Shown piece after piece: positions 10,411 through 22,402 of a DNA stretch of 64,000 nt. The position numbers were made by a program, and so were the translations under genes. The number at the start of each line of letters is the position of its first letter. Within the stretch, counting starts at the first letter, position 1. Where the stretch lies: assembly GCA_965645245.1 (NCBI GenBank), contig OZ287077.1, positions 372,001-436,000 of the forward strand, given 5' to 3'. Origin of the DNA: Massalongia carnosa (taxonomy: Eukaryota). The notes under the pieces are model-generated. The model was not told the DNA's origin and did not search any database. It worked only from the letters and a program-made list of their open reading frames with translations.

Positions 10411-12921
10411 AGTTGACAATGCAGATAGAAGAGGGAGAAATGAAAAAAATTTGATATACCGGAGTTAGCGGACTTTAATGCGGGTGCTTACTAACTAGCG
10501 TGTTGCAAATGGGGGTGTGTTGCAAATGGGGGTGAATACGAGTACTTCATTGACGATAAATGGAATTATCACGAAGTGCTTCTTGCCTTCGAACGCGTCG
10601 AAGGCTCACACACGGGAATAAAACTTGCTGAAGTATTGAACAGAGTTTTAATTAGACATTCTATTGAAGATCGTGTTTTGGCATTAACCACGGACAGTGC
10701 ATCTTATAACACAACGATGGTAGATGAGTTGCGACGAATGATACGAAGCAATCGAGCCTTGGCACTTCTACACACTGATGCTAATGAGATACAGCGAGTG
10801 CCTTGTTTATCGCATGTAATTCAACTTGCCGTTAAACAGCTACTTGGGTGTATTCACATTAATCCCAAAAATGCCGATTTCAAAACTAGCTGGGATGATA
10901 AGCAAGATAGACTGGATTTCGAAAACCCGACACCTGGAGTTCCCCTTACGCTAGCTAAGGCAAGATTTATTTTGTGGTAGTCGTTGTGGTAGTCGTTCTA
11001 AATTTCGATTAGGTTCGAGCATTAGCTGTTTACATTAACAGTAGCAATTTACGTAAGGAGAACTTCTACGCTGTTCAACGAGCATTGAATGACGAAGAGA
11101 GACGCACTGGAAACTCGGTCAGCGGTACAGTACTTAACCTTTTTCAAGATATAAATACTCGATGGGACTCCACATGTCACATGTTAATTCGAGCGCTCCA
11201 GTTGCGACAAGCGCTGAATAGATATCATGATAAACATGAAGCCGAGTATTTGAGATTGCTCGACGTGGAATGGTCACAGATAGAATATCTTATCGATTTA
11301 AACGAAGCTATTCTGCGTCTTCACAAAGATGATTGGTCAATCAAAGCAAGCGACCATTCATCAGGTGTTCGAGATCTACAGTAAGCTGTTCGATCATCTG
11401 GATCAAGCTCGCGCAAGATTATCTCGTAAGCGAGTATCGTGGAAACGTGCGCTATTGAGTGGCATCGAGGCGGCTGCAACGAAATTACGTCAATACTATT
11501 CTAAAACTCAGGGGTCATTAGGTTATCTATATGGAAAGGCGGCATTGCTATCTCCCAATAAGAAGGACCTAATTTTCAAGGGTCCCAATTGGGATGCGCC
11601 CTATGGGGAAAGTCGATGGGAAGATCAATATTGGCAATCTCTGGAAGCGGAATTCGATATCTACGAGAATTCTCAAACCTCACAAGTACGCGGGCGTAAT
11701 GTCGCGGTCATTCGAGACTTGAATAATCTGGATCTTCTTCTGAGTACGAATAATGCTACTCCGCTCGCTCTAGATGACGAGTTCAACTGCTATCGTCAGC
11801 GAGGTAGGTTAACTGATACAATAAATCAGGTCCTTTCTCATTGTGTTCAACTTATTTACAATACACAGCGATGCATGATCGTTCGGGTCCTATTCTACAA
11901 CAGTGGAAAGATCTCGAGCCGGAATTTCCACAAATGAGTATGGTTGCCAGGGACATCCTTGCTGTACCAGCAGCTGGCGTTGGATGTGAGCGCGTTTTTA
12001 GCGTTGCGGGAGCCCTTTACGATCATCGCAAGAATTTTCATCCGGATACATTCTCCGCGATGATGATGGTTCGTTTCTACGATCAGAAGGAGAATGCAGA
12101 TGCAAGTTTACACGTAGATTTGGAAGAAGAAGAAAGCATGAGTCTTGAGGATTTGACTAATGAGATGCAAAGGCGACATGAAGACCTAACACAAGTTTTT
12201 CAGAAGGTCTACATTAGTGATGAAGAAGACGATAACAATGACGAGGACCAGTTAACGCAGATCGGGTCATCGCAGGTTGAGCAGGTCTCAGCGCGAGATG
12301 TAAGCATCGAGTCACTTACTTTTCGTGTCTTCTTGAGCTAATTATTCTACAGAAAAGTAAGAAACGAACTTTCAATAACAGAAACTCCATTTCCGAGCAA
12401 CGCGATAGGAATAAGAGGATTGCAACGCGCACAAGAAGGGGTAGGCTTCCATCAAGCGAGGAGGTGAAAGAGGGTATGATAGAGGAGGGTGTGGTGGATG
12501 AGGTGGAGGAGGAGGAGGAGGAAGAGGGTATAGTGGATGAGGTGGAGGAGGAGGAGGAGGAGGAGGGTGTGGTGAAGGATGAGGTAGAGGAGGGGGGTGG
12601 AGAGGGTGGGGGTGACAAGAAGGTGGAGAGTAAAGGAAGAGATGGCGAGAGACTTTCTTTACGAGTTTTGAATAGGAAGCGATGAATGGGCGACATACTT
12701 CGATATTCGATAGAAGATAGCATATGAATTTGTGATAGTCTTTATGGTAGTTCGACGTCAACGAAATAAATGTTTTATCTATAATCTACATTTTACTTTG
12801 TGATAGTCATTAAAATAAATCTACAATGATTGAAAATCCTAACTCATGTGATAAATATTGCATTCGTGTTTTGTGGTAGTCATGCTAGTAGTCATCATTT
12901 ACACTCGCATATTTTTTCTGT

Positions 12922-12996
12922 GGGTACTGATATATGGACACCCTATCCGCTACCTAGAGTCTAGGTAGCGGATGGGGTGTCCATATATCAGTACCC
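12922..12996. mobile_element. 75-bp fold-back mini element
   Basis: 37-bp arms with 1 mismatch around a 1-nt centre; flanked by 8-bp direct repeat TTTTCTGT. Confidence 0.75.
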
Positions 12997-13531
12997 TTTT
13001 CTGTTGGGTAACCCAACGATAACCCAACCCAACCCAAAACCCATTGGGTTGGGTTCTCATTTTAATAACCCAACCCAACCCAACCCATTCCGCGGCGTAA
13101 TAGCATCAACACATACAGTTCAAAGGCACGAGGCACGAGGCATATAGTGATTAGTCTAGCTATTGTTTATATTCTATAGTTCTGTTCTTCTCTTGTTTGT
13201 TTATTCTCTTGCACTCCTAGCAGTAGTGGACCACGCACACCACCCAGTTCATCCTTCCACACCGTCAGCTGGCCAGCAGGTTCACCTACGGTTTCCGTAG
13301 ATGCTAGATTAGGCTTAATTCTTAAAGACAAAGATAGAATCGTGATATCGTTTACGATTGATTTTATTATTATTTTTTCCTTGTCGAACGTCTTATTAAT
13401 CTAATTAAATTGTAAAAAGATGCGTTTTAATTATCTTAATTATCTCCTTAACCTCGCATCGTGACATTTAATATAATAAGATTTAAAGTTATTTAATCGA
13501 TATTCAATTTTAGTTGTATAAATGTTGAATA

Positions 13532-13702
13532 TATAACGGTTCGACCAAGCGTGGTGCGGACGGCAGGATCTACAGCGAACATAGCAGGAGTCCCAGTTAT
13601 AGTAGAATAGAGCTTAGTCTGCGGACTAAGTATTGTGCCTTTTGGTCGGGAAGAACAGGTGGCGCAATGGTAGAAATCTATTTACTATCTCGCTTCGTCA
13701 CA
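13532..13702. mobile_element. Solo LTR C (171 bp)
   Basis: TSD GAATA; near-identical to 22232-22402; terminal TG mutated to TA. Confidence 0.88.
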
Positions 13703-13720
13703 GAATAGGTATATGACTAT

Positions 13721-14001
13721 TGTTATGATCCACCTAGAGACAAGTCATAGGGACGCTAGAAATAAATACAATAAAGATGAGGAAGGAAAAAGACAATTGA
13801 CAACCCGAACCTGCCCCTATATATCCACTATTACGCTAGTACCCATGTGGTATAGTCGCGATAGAATCTTCTCGTGACTGCAGGAACAAATCGAAGGTGC
13901 GGGAACGAAATCGAAAGTTCCTGCGTGTTCCATCTACGGTTTGCCCTAGTCGGTGCCGAATTCATCCGAGTGCCGAGGTCGTGCCGAGTAGAATCTTGAC
14001 A
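13721..14001. mobile_element. Solo LTR E (281 bp)
   Basis: TGTTA...TGACA, TSD ACTAT; second copy at 25680-26959. Confidence 0.88.
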
Positions 14002-14592
14002 ACTATGGCTATATGGCTATGATAAAAATGGTATGTATGACCGTGATATTAAGGATGAAGAGTGCTGTTCAGCAGTCTTTTGTCACGGTTCAACCACATC
14101 CAAGGCCAATCGAAGGAAAGTACGGCATCTGCCGGCGTACTAACCGCTTCCGTTACTCAACCATTATAGCAATCATAGGGCAATCAACGGAGGTCTAAAA
14201 GGACTGAAAGGGACGCATTGGAACGACCTTCTAAAGCAAATACAAATGGATGTGTTGAAATAGGTATATGACTATGGCTATATGGCTATGTAATAATAAA
14301 GGTATGTATGACCGTGATGTTAAGGATGAAGAGTTGCTATGCAGCAATCTTTTCCTATTACTGGTCACCCTTCTAAGCGAGGTGATCTTATCTTATCTTG
14401 GGACTAAGCCTAATGCGGCATCTACGGTTTCCGTAGATCATCTGTCAATCTAGGGCAGCCGTAGGTGCTATGTTCATTGAATTGATAGGTGTTCATTGTG
14501 CTGGTTGGAATTGGATATTCAACACCCCCCCTCAAGTCCTACCAGTACTTGTTTCCATCGTAGATTCAACCGTGATTGAACTTCTTAACCTC

Positions 14593-17500
14593 TCATGTCT
14601 GTTTGTCCATGTTGAGCTGTCTCATAAAGGAGAAGAACTTGACGTGCGTAAGGGGTTTTGTCAGTCCATCTGCAAACATGTCTTCGGTCGGAACATAGGT
14701 GAGGTCGATTCTTCCTTCTAGCACCTCGTTTCGTATGAAGTGGTGCTGAATGTCGATATGCTTGGTCCTGGAGTGTAATATGGGATTATTGGCCAGTGCT
14801 ATGGCGCTTTGGTTGTCGCCTTTCAATGCAATTGTGCCTTCTCCTCTTAACACGTTTATTGTCGGGGATCCGTCATCAGAAGTCATCAATCCGAGTTCAG
14901 TCATCAGTAAACGTAGCCATGTAGCCTCCTTTGCTGCTAAGGTGAGTGCCATATACTCTGCTTCGGTTGATGACAATGCGACGGTCGTTTGTCTTTTGGA
15001 ACACCAGCTTATTGGTCCATTGTTCAGCATGAACACATAACCCGAGGTGGATTTTCGCTGCTCTTTGTCTCCGGCCCAGTCAGAGTCAGAATATCCTTGT
15101 ATACATAAATCTCCCCCACCGAAGGTGATGCCTCTATTCTTGGTACCGCTAAGGTATCTGAGAATGTGTTTGGCCGCTTCCATATGTGTTTTGCCTGGAT
15201 TCTTTGCATGGCGACTGACTACGGACGTTGTGAAAGCTATGTCTGGCCTGGTTTCTATCATTGCGAACATGATGGATCCAACCATGGTTTGATATTGCTT
15301 TATGTCCTTGTCGGAGGCCTGAGATTCATTGATGAAGAGACAGCCTTCTCGCATGGGAGTGTTTGTTGTCTTTGCGGTTTGCATATGGAATCTTTCCAAT
15401 ACCTTCTTGATATAGGCTGGTTGAGATAGCTTTATGGTTTTGTTGACTCGATCTCGTTCGACTTTGAGGCCTAAATAGTAGCTGATTGGTCCCATGTCTA
15501 CCATCTTGAAAGCTAGCTTGAGCTGTTTCTTGACTTCGGTGATCATCGGGGAACCTTTTGGGCCTATGATGTTCAAATCGTCAACGAAAGAGGTAACAAT
15601 GGGTCCTTTTATCCCTTGAGATGTGGCGAAGATGCTATGATCTGCGTGGAGTTTCTCCAGTCCTAATTTGCTCAATAGAAAAGCTGATAGTCGTTCATAC
15701 CAGAGACGCGGAGACTGTTTCAAACCGTACAGGGCTTTATTCAGCCTGCACACCATGCCAGCTGTGTCATATCCTTTCGGCATGTGGACATAGATGAGTT
15801 GATCGATGAGACCGTTCAGAAAAGCTGTCACTATATCCAGTTGCTCGATGTCCAGATCATGATGGGCAGCTAGCGCGAATAGCAAGCGAAAAGCCATTGG
15901 TTTGACCACAGATGCAAAGTTTTGATCGAAATCTACTCCGTATTGTTGTAGATATCCTTTGACAACCCATCTGGCTTTAAAGCGAACGATCTTTCCATTT
16001 ACGTCCCGTTTCAGCTTGAATACCCATTTGCCACTCAAGACTATATGTCCGGGTTCCGTGGACTCGGTGGATAATGTATCCCAGGTGTTGTTCTCCAGCA
16101 GACTTTTGATCTCCTCATCCATTGCCAGACTCCATTCGTTTGCGTATTTGGAGTTCATTGCTTGATGATATGTTTGTGGCTCAGCTGTGTCTGACTGAAT
16201 GAACGCATCGTAGTCGTTCAGGTATGCTGCTCCCTCTATTTCCAGTTCTTTGGCCAGAAGTATGAGTGGGTCTTCTTCGTCTCTATCTGCCAGTGTGGGG
16301 ATGTGTTCTGGTTCACTTAATGCCTCATTTGACAGGAGACTCAGCACTTGTGCGACATGGGCGTGTTTTCTGGGTCTACCTCGTCCACGTTTGGGGATTT
16401 CACTTATCTTGGAATTCAACTCTGGTTGGTCTTTTGAAGGAGTGGGACTGATTTCGAGTGTGGTATCTTTTTCGTTTTGAATCATTATGGAATCGTACGT
16501 GGGTAGATCGGTCCCATCTTTGAATGTGGCGTCTTCATGAATCCGTAAGTCCTTGACCCTGATGACCTTGTAGTCTTTTTCCATAAAGACGCGATAGATG
16601 GTGCTTCCGTCATATCCACACAGGATTCCTTTCTGAGCCCTCGGAGAAAATTTAGCAGCCTTGCTGTTTAGTCCTTTTCGCTCTTCTTCGTGAATCAACG
16701 CATAGACTGTGGATCCGAGAATTCTCAGGTGATCCAGCTTAGGTGACTTCCTTCTCGAAGATCTCATACGGGGTTTTACCTGCCAAGGCGTTGGTTGGTC
16801 TGACGTTCTTGGTGTGAACCATGGCTAGAACTACTTCTGCCCACAAGTAATCGGGAATGTCTCCGGCAATGACACTGCATCTTGTCATGTCCATGATGGT
16901 TCTGCCCATTCGTTCCGCGACTCCGTTTTCTTCTTGAGAGTATGGAGCAGCTGGTTCAAACGTTATGCCTTGTTCCAGGAACCAAACGTCTGACTTGTGA
17001 CTGCGAAGCTCCGTACCGAAGTCAGTGCGAAAACTACTTATGGGTTTAGCCTTTCCAGATTTGTTTTGGGCCATGCTGTAGTACGTCAACAAGTGATCAA
17101 ACCATTCACTCTTCTTGTGTCCGGTATAGACATGAGTGTATCTGCTAGCATCACAGGTGAAAGTGAAGAAGTAAAGTTCTTCAAGAAGTCCTGCTGGCTT
17201 GATTGGTCCCACTAGGTCAGAGTTTATCTTTTGAAAGAGCTCTGTGGCCCTCTCTTGCTGTGTTCGGTTGTATATCTTTTTGGCTTTTCCCATTTCGCAT
17301 GCATGGCAAAACCAACCTTGGTTGATATCGTCATCGTACGTTATGTCTAGCGTTTTCAAATATTTTCGACACGTCGGAATGTTGAGATGACCAAGCCTTG
17401 CATGCCATGTAGTGAGTTTTGATTTGACAGATATTTGACAGATAGTGACGTCCAGTCCTTGATAGGTGTCCTCGTCCACTTTGCTCAAATGCATCCTCAT

Positions 17501-18847
17501 ATCCTGGGGTGTCAACGGTCTGTAGCATGAAGTTGTTGTCAACTCTCGGTACGTGCCCTATGACTTTTGCAGTGGATCCCATGAACAGTCTCCAGTTTGA
17601 ATTGTCATAGAAGATATCGTGTTAATTCAGCATTCCCAAACTCACAAGGTTCACCGGACATTGAGGAATGTAGAGAACATTGTTAAGAATCAGTATCGAC
17701 GAGGGTAAGCCGTCCTCCAAGATCAATGTCTTATGAATGGTTCCTCTTCCTGGCGACGTTCCTGTGGACGTTGACCCTGCTAGATCAGTGGAGTAGCTCG
17801 TATAGTCAGTGAACGAGTATCTGTGGTTGCATAGGTGCATATCTGCAGCGCTGTCCAATAACCACGAGTTCTTGTTCAGATCCGTCATGGTCATGACTTT
17901 TTGCAGTCTTGTGGCCATGACCTGTGTGAGTCAACTACTCACCGTTGGAATGTTGGGTGATGTATGAGGTAGTCCGCCTTCGTTTCTGACGAGGTAGTCT
18001 TTTGTTTCTTTGCTCTTCCGGATTCGAGCGAACTTCTATGTCTTTTTAGCTGTGGAAACTTCTACCAACAGTTATCTGGCCAATGACGAGTGTTCTTTCT
18101 CTCGACACATTCAGAGAAGGTGCAGGTCCCAAATGGGGCTCGACCTCTCGAGTCAGGTGTGCTGATATGAAGTGCCTTGGTGTTTTTCATGTTGACAGAA
18201 TAAGCAACAATGGTCTTCATTGCTTCCGACAGGTTTGTGGTTTCGTGTGTCCAATCTCGTCGAAGTTGGGCTATCAATGGGGAATAGACGTCTGTGGTGT
18301 TACCCAGCATCATTCCCTGAAGCATGAACTCCACGGTATGCACATCCACTTTGGCCTTGTCGTCCAGCATTCCTTTAATTTTGTTTAAAGCGCTCTCGTA
18401 CTCTGCACAGTATAGGCTGGTGGTCTCGAAGTCAGTCATCTTCTTAGAACTAACCTTCAGAATGATGTCGCTGATGCTCATTGGTGCTATATCTTGGAAT
18501 CTATCCTTCAGGATTTTCCACATTTCTGCCGCATTCTTGTTGTCGATGAGGCTGTAATGGCACTCCGCAACTAATCCGTGAATGATTCCTATAGCCTTGG
18601 TCATCTCGGCCTTCTGTCTATTCTTCTCGTCACGCAGCTCTTTTACCAAGATGCTGACAGAAAGACCTTTGGCGTCGAAGCCTGCTTGTATTAAACCTTC
18701 CTTGATGGTTTCAGCGGTGATTTCTGATTGATTCTCTAGAATGGCTCATTCGCAGTTATTCTTGAGCAGAATGCCCTTCGTATAGCTTGCCCATGCCGAA
18801 TATCTTTCGGCCTTCTCCAAAAGATGTGACGTATCTATGATAGACAT
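14593..18847 (-). pseudogene. Copia-2 gag-pol with stops and frameshifts
   Basis: ATG 18847; WLLDSAAD, WHARLGH, NGVAER, FVDD, ADGLTK motifs spread over four ORFs; in-frame stops near 18747 and 18062. Confidence 0.9.
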
Positions 18848-19344
18848 AATGGGAGAATGGGGAGCAATTGAACAAGGCGAGAAACTTGTATAAGCAGTGA
18901 CTGAAAGAATGTGGATCTGTGACCTTTCTTATAGACAAGGAAAAGACTGTCCCTCCTTAGCCAGTGTCCACTCTGATGTCTCAACAGAGAAACCTGTTTG
19001 CTTAACATGCTTGTTTGCCATGATGAGAATTTCAACTTAGGCTTTTTCAAGGGTCCAATTGACCAAAATGAAATTGAGCGCAGGGTTCTTCCAATTTGAT
19101 TTAACCGGCCTTGGGCCGATTAAATAATAAGAGGCAACTGCCGCACAATCTCACCTAGTGCCTTAATGAGGCATAATTGCCAAAAAGAAAGGTCTTTGTG
19201 CCTTCGATCAATGAGTTTACTAAGCTCTTTGATGTCCGATGGATTTTGTATTTTTGCGTGTCCAGAATTCAATCGCGGTTGAAACTGACGCTTTGATGAT
19301 ATTTGTACCAATGGGGCGCTCAGGCCCAGCAATATACTTTTTTG

Positions 19345-19878
19345 CCATCGAGCTTAGCAAGGTCTTTGGTGTCCGAGGACTTGGTTGCCTTCGACCATCG
19401 AGCTTAGCAAGCTCTTTGGTGTCCGAGGACTTGGTTGCCTTCGACCATCGAGCTTAGCAAGCTCTTTGGTGTCCGAGGACTTGGTTGCCTTCGACCATCG
19501 AGCTTAGCAAGCTCTTTGGTGTCCGAGGACTTGATTGCCTTCGACCATCGAGCTTAGCAAGCTCTTTGGTGTCCGAGGACTTGGTTGCCTTCGACCATCG
19601 AGCTTAGCAAGGTCTTTGGTGTCCGAGGACTTGGTTGCCTTCGACCATCGAGCTTAGCAAGCTCTTTGGTGTCCGAGGACTTGATTGCCTTCGACCATCG
19701 AGCTTAGCAAGCTCTTTGGTGTCCGAGGACTTGATTGCCTTCGACCATCGAGCTTAGCAAGCTCTTTGGTGTCCGAGGACTTGATTGCCTTCGACCATCG
19801 AGCTTAGCAAGCTCTTTGGTGTCCGAGGACTTGGGTGCCTTCGACCATCGAGCTTAGCAAGCTCTTTGGTGTCCGAGG
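19345..19878. repeat. Tandem array, ~10.7 x 50 bp, in Copia-2 5' leader
   Basis: Unit CCATCGAGCTTAGCAAGCTCTTTGGTGTCCGAGGACTTGGTTGCCTTCGA; AGCTTAGCAA recurs exactly every 50 nt from 19351 to 19851. Confidence 0.97.
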
Positions 19879-20672
19879 GCTTCGGTGTAGTACGATCAAT
19901 GTGTTCATGCTCTTTCTAACACGCAATTTTTGTGCTTCTGACAAGAAATCGCTGTGTACAGAGTGTACAGAAGAGAGAACTGATTGATGTGATTTGAGGG
20001 ATCGTTCCTAAAGACACAGAAAAATTTTAGTCATGTGTCTACGATTCATTGAATAGGAACGATGCTTAGCTGATTGCACTGCGATGCTGCGGATTAAAAG
20101 TTTCGATTCGTTTTAAATCGATAGCACCCTTCCGGGCTCATAACCTGTTGAAATAGGTATATGACTATGGCTATATGGCTATGTAATAATAAAGGTATGT
20201 ATGACCGTGATGTTAAGGATGAAGAGTTGCTATGCAGCAATCTTTTCCTATTACTGGTCACCCTTCTAAGCGAGGTGATCTTATCTTATCTTGGGACTAA
20301 GCCTAATGCGGCATCTACGGTTTCCGTAGATCATCTGTCAATCTAGGGCAGCCGTAGGTGCTATGTTCATTGAATTGATAGGTGTTCATTGTGCTGGTAG
20401 GAATTGGATATTCAACAGGATGAAAGGGACAAAGGGCAGAAAGACTGTTTGACTAAACTGTTCACTTATTGATAAAGACAAAAGCAGCTGGATCGGGCCA
20501 AGCGATTATCTATATAGACTCCTAGAGAGGCACGCGGGTGAAAAAAAAAGCGCAAGGTGAGCCGAAATTCCCCCACCAAAACTTACCCTTTTCTTCCCTT
20601 TTTTCTTCCCCATCTTCTTCCCCATTCAATATTTCAATTCGTATGACCATTGAAATTCTATATACATTCTAT

Positions 20673-22122
20673 TCAATAGCCTGTCATCGCCCCCTCAGCC
20701 CTAATTACCTCTTCGACTCGTTTGGGCATTGATCGAACTCTTTCATTGATGAATTCCTGCGTCACCCGTTCCCATCCATCCCTAATCAGCTGCTTCAAGC
20801 TGACATCGTCCCAATGAGGATACTTTCGAATTTGCTGATTCGCTGGCTGCCAGCAATTTTCTATAAGGGACAAATCAGGTGATGAGGCAAAATTGAAATA
20901 ATGCTCTAAATGATGATCTTCCTTCCATTTCTTGACGGAATTTCGTGTCTTGCCCGTGCCATGACCAGAGTCTCCATTGTCATGGAGTGACTGAGCACCT
21001 GCCAGTTAGTTCATTGAATCAACCTCAACCTTAGCTGCTTGAACAAAGCACTAGCCGGCTAGCCGATCCGAAAGGAACTAAGCTTAATCCGGTTCAGTCA
21101 GGGCAAAGGTAAGTGTTCCGACTGTCAATAGTGTCATGGCGATAGTTCATGCCAGGGACTTGGGGGAAATTGGATCAACGGCTGGATTGGGACTAGTTCC
21201 GTTCGCCAGAGTCTTATACTCGCCCACGTTGGATTTCTGTTTCTTTTCTCCTTGTCGAACGTCTTGTCCATCTAGCTAGACAATCAAGTAATACGTTTGC
21301 ACCATCTGAATTTCTACCTGACCTCGCACCGTGACATCTATCTTCTTCAAGTACGAAGTCATCCCCACGCTCCAGCTAGGGCTTGACGACGGGGTCAAGA
21401 ACGGATTTAATATACACCTGATGAGTCATTTTACCATTGCTGTTGCCCGGCACGTCATAAAAGATAATATCCGACTTGAAATTGTAGCCAATTGCAGCCC
21501 AGCAATGTTTTCGTTTTCGATCTTTTTCAGGAGGCGGGTCACGATGCTGTAAGTAATCCCAACGATATCGTGTTCCGGGCTGACGAATGATGCGTAACTG
21601 TCCTTCCGGCCCATATCCAAAATGAATCTCATCACTAAATCGTACGCGATCCAATTGCTCCGGTTTGGTCAGAATCATGTGAGCAAATTCGACCCGTCTT
21701 TCCATAGGTGGGTCGGCCAGCTATCCCTTGACGCAGGCCAGACATTTCTCATAGTTTAGAGCAGCCGACATAAAATTGTGCATTGTACGACCGACAACGT
21801 CGGCCCCAATCTCCATAGCCAATTGTTCCCATGTGTATCGTTTTCCTTCCAACTGTGGCCCCTTATCTTGTAGAATCTTATCTGCCTCCTGTATTTGTGC
21901 TTCCGTGACTTTTGATTTGCGACCGCGTGTCTCAACGAGCGTTGAATGATGTCTTCTTCTAGAAGATGCTCCGTTTCGAATGATCTTATAGCCCTGTCTC
22001 TCGCTTCGAATGCCAAGATGCTGAAAAATCTCTCGAGGATCGATAGAAATGACTTTTGCAAGAAGAAATTCATAAGCTCCCTGCACCTTGGCCTTTTGAG
22101 GTGTATCGTAGTGGGATGGCAT
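20673..22122 (-). pseudogene. Tc1-like DD38E transposase, two TAG stops and a solo-LTR insertion
   Basis: Reconstructed RFSDEIHF ... VLEEDGDSGHG ... SSPDLSLIENCW ... SMPKRVEEVIRAEGAMTGY*. Confidence 0.88.
20978..21336. mobile_element. Solo LTR H (359 bp)
   Basis: TGTCA...TGACA, TSD TCCAT/TCTAT; removing it restores EEDGDSGHG. Confidence 0.85.
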
Positions 22123-22231
22123 TTGAAATGTTGAATGAGGAAGAAGATGGGGAAGATAAAGGGGAAGAAAAGGGGTAAGTTTTGGTGGGGGAGTTTCGGC
22201 TCACCTTGCCCTTTTTTTTTCACCCGCGTGA

Positions 22232-22402
22232 TGTAACGGTTCGACCATGCGTGGTGCGGACGGCAGGACCTACAGCGAACATAGCAAGAGTCCCAGTTAT
22301 AGAAGAATAGAGCTTGGACTGCGGACTAAGTATTGTGCCTTTTGGTCGGGAAGGACAGGTGGCGCAATGGTAGAAATCTATTCACTATCTCGCTTCGTCA
22401 CA
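22232..22402. mobile_element. Solo LTR C copy 2
   Basis: TGTAAC...GTCACA, TSD CGTGA. Confidence 0.9.

Larger units (their letters stand above)
7493..10542 (-). mobile_element. Fot1/pogo DNA transposon
   Basis: TIR CTCGTATTCACCCCCATTTGCAACAC with internal direct repeats (3 left, 2 right); TA TSD; removing it restores the hAT frame. Confidence 0.95.
1180..12685 (+). pseudogene. hAT transposase, interrupted and degraded (BED finger, DDE core, hATC dimerisation domain, acidic tail)
   Basis: Pieces rejoin across the inserts: GNPK|IICSRC...HP (BED-like), LALDCWSS...YLAINAY|FIDDKWNYHEVLL, PCLSHVIQL, NTRWDST, ARDILAVPAAGVGCERVFS. Several introns; stops near 7065 and a frameshift near 11300. Confidence 0.88.
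586..13099 (+). mobile_element. hAT DNA transposon carrying nested insertions
   Basis: TIR TACGCCGCGGAATGGG at both ends; 8-bp TSD ATAGCATC (578-585, 13100-13107); subterminal (GGGTT)n/(AACCC)n repeats; internal hAT transposase fragments. Confidence 0.95.
14253..20417 (-). mobile_element. Ty1/Copia LTR retrotransposon (Copia-2), full length, ORF disrupted
   Basis: 272-bp LTRs 14253-14524 and 20146-20417 (1 mismatch seen), TSD GGATG, PBS GGTTATGAGCCC, PPT GAGGGGGG. Confidence 0.95.
20531..22230 (-). mobile_element. Tc1/IS630-like DNA transposon with ~108-bp CAC-terminal TIRs and 5-bp TSD
   Basis: TIRs begin CACGCGGGTGAAAAAAAAAG; TSD AGAGG, whose right copy is split by LTR C; empty site visible in LTR G near 27020-27035. 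Confidence 0.9.

Noticed and set aside
12316..12761. Ser-rich and Pro-rich minus-strand ORFs
   Set aside because: Antisense shadows of the GAG-rich acidic tail of the hAT transposase.
19345..19878. CRISPR-like array
   Set aside because: Units are contiguous with no unique spacers, there are no cas genes, and the context is a eukaryotic retrotransposon.
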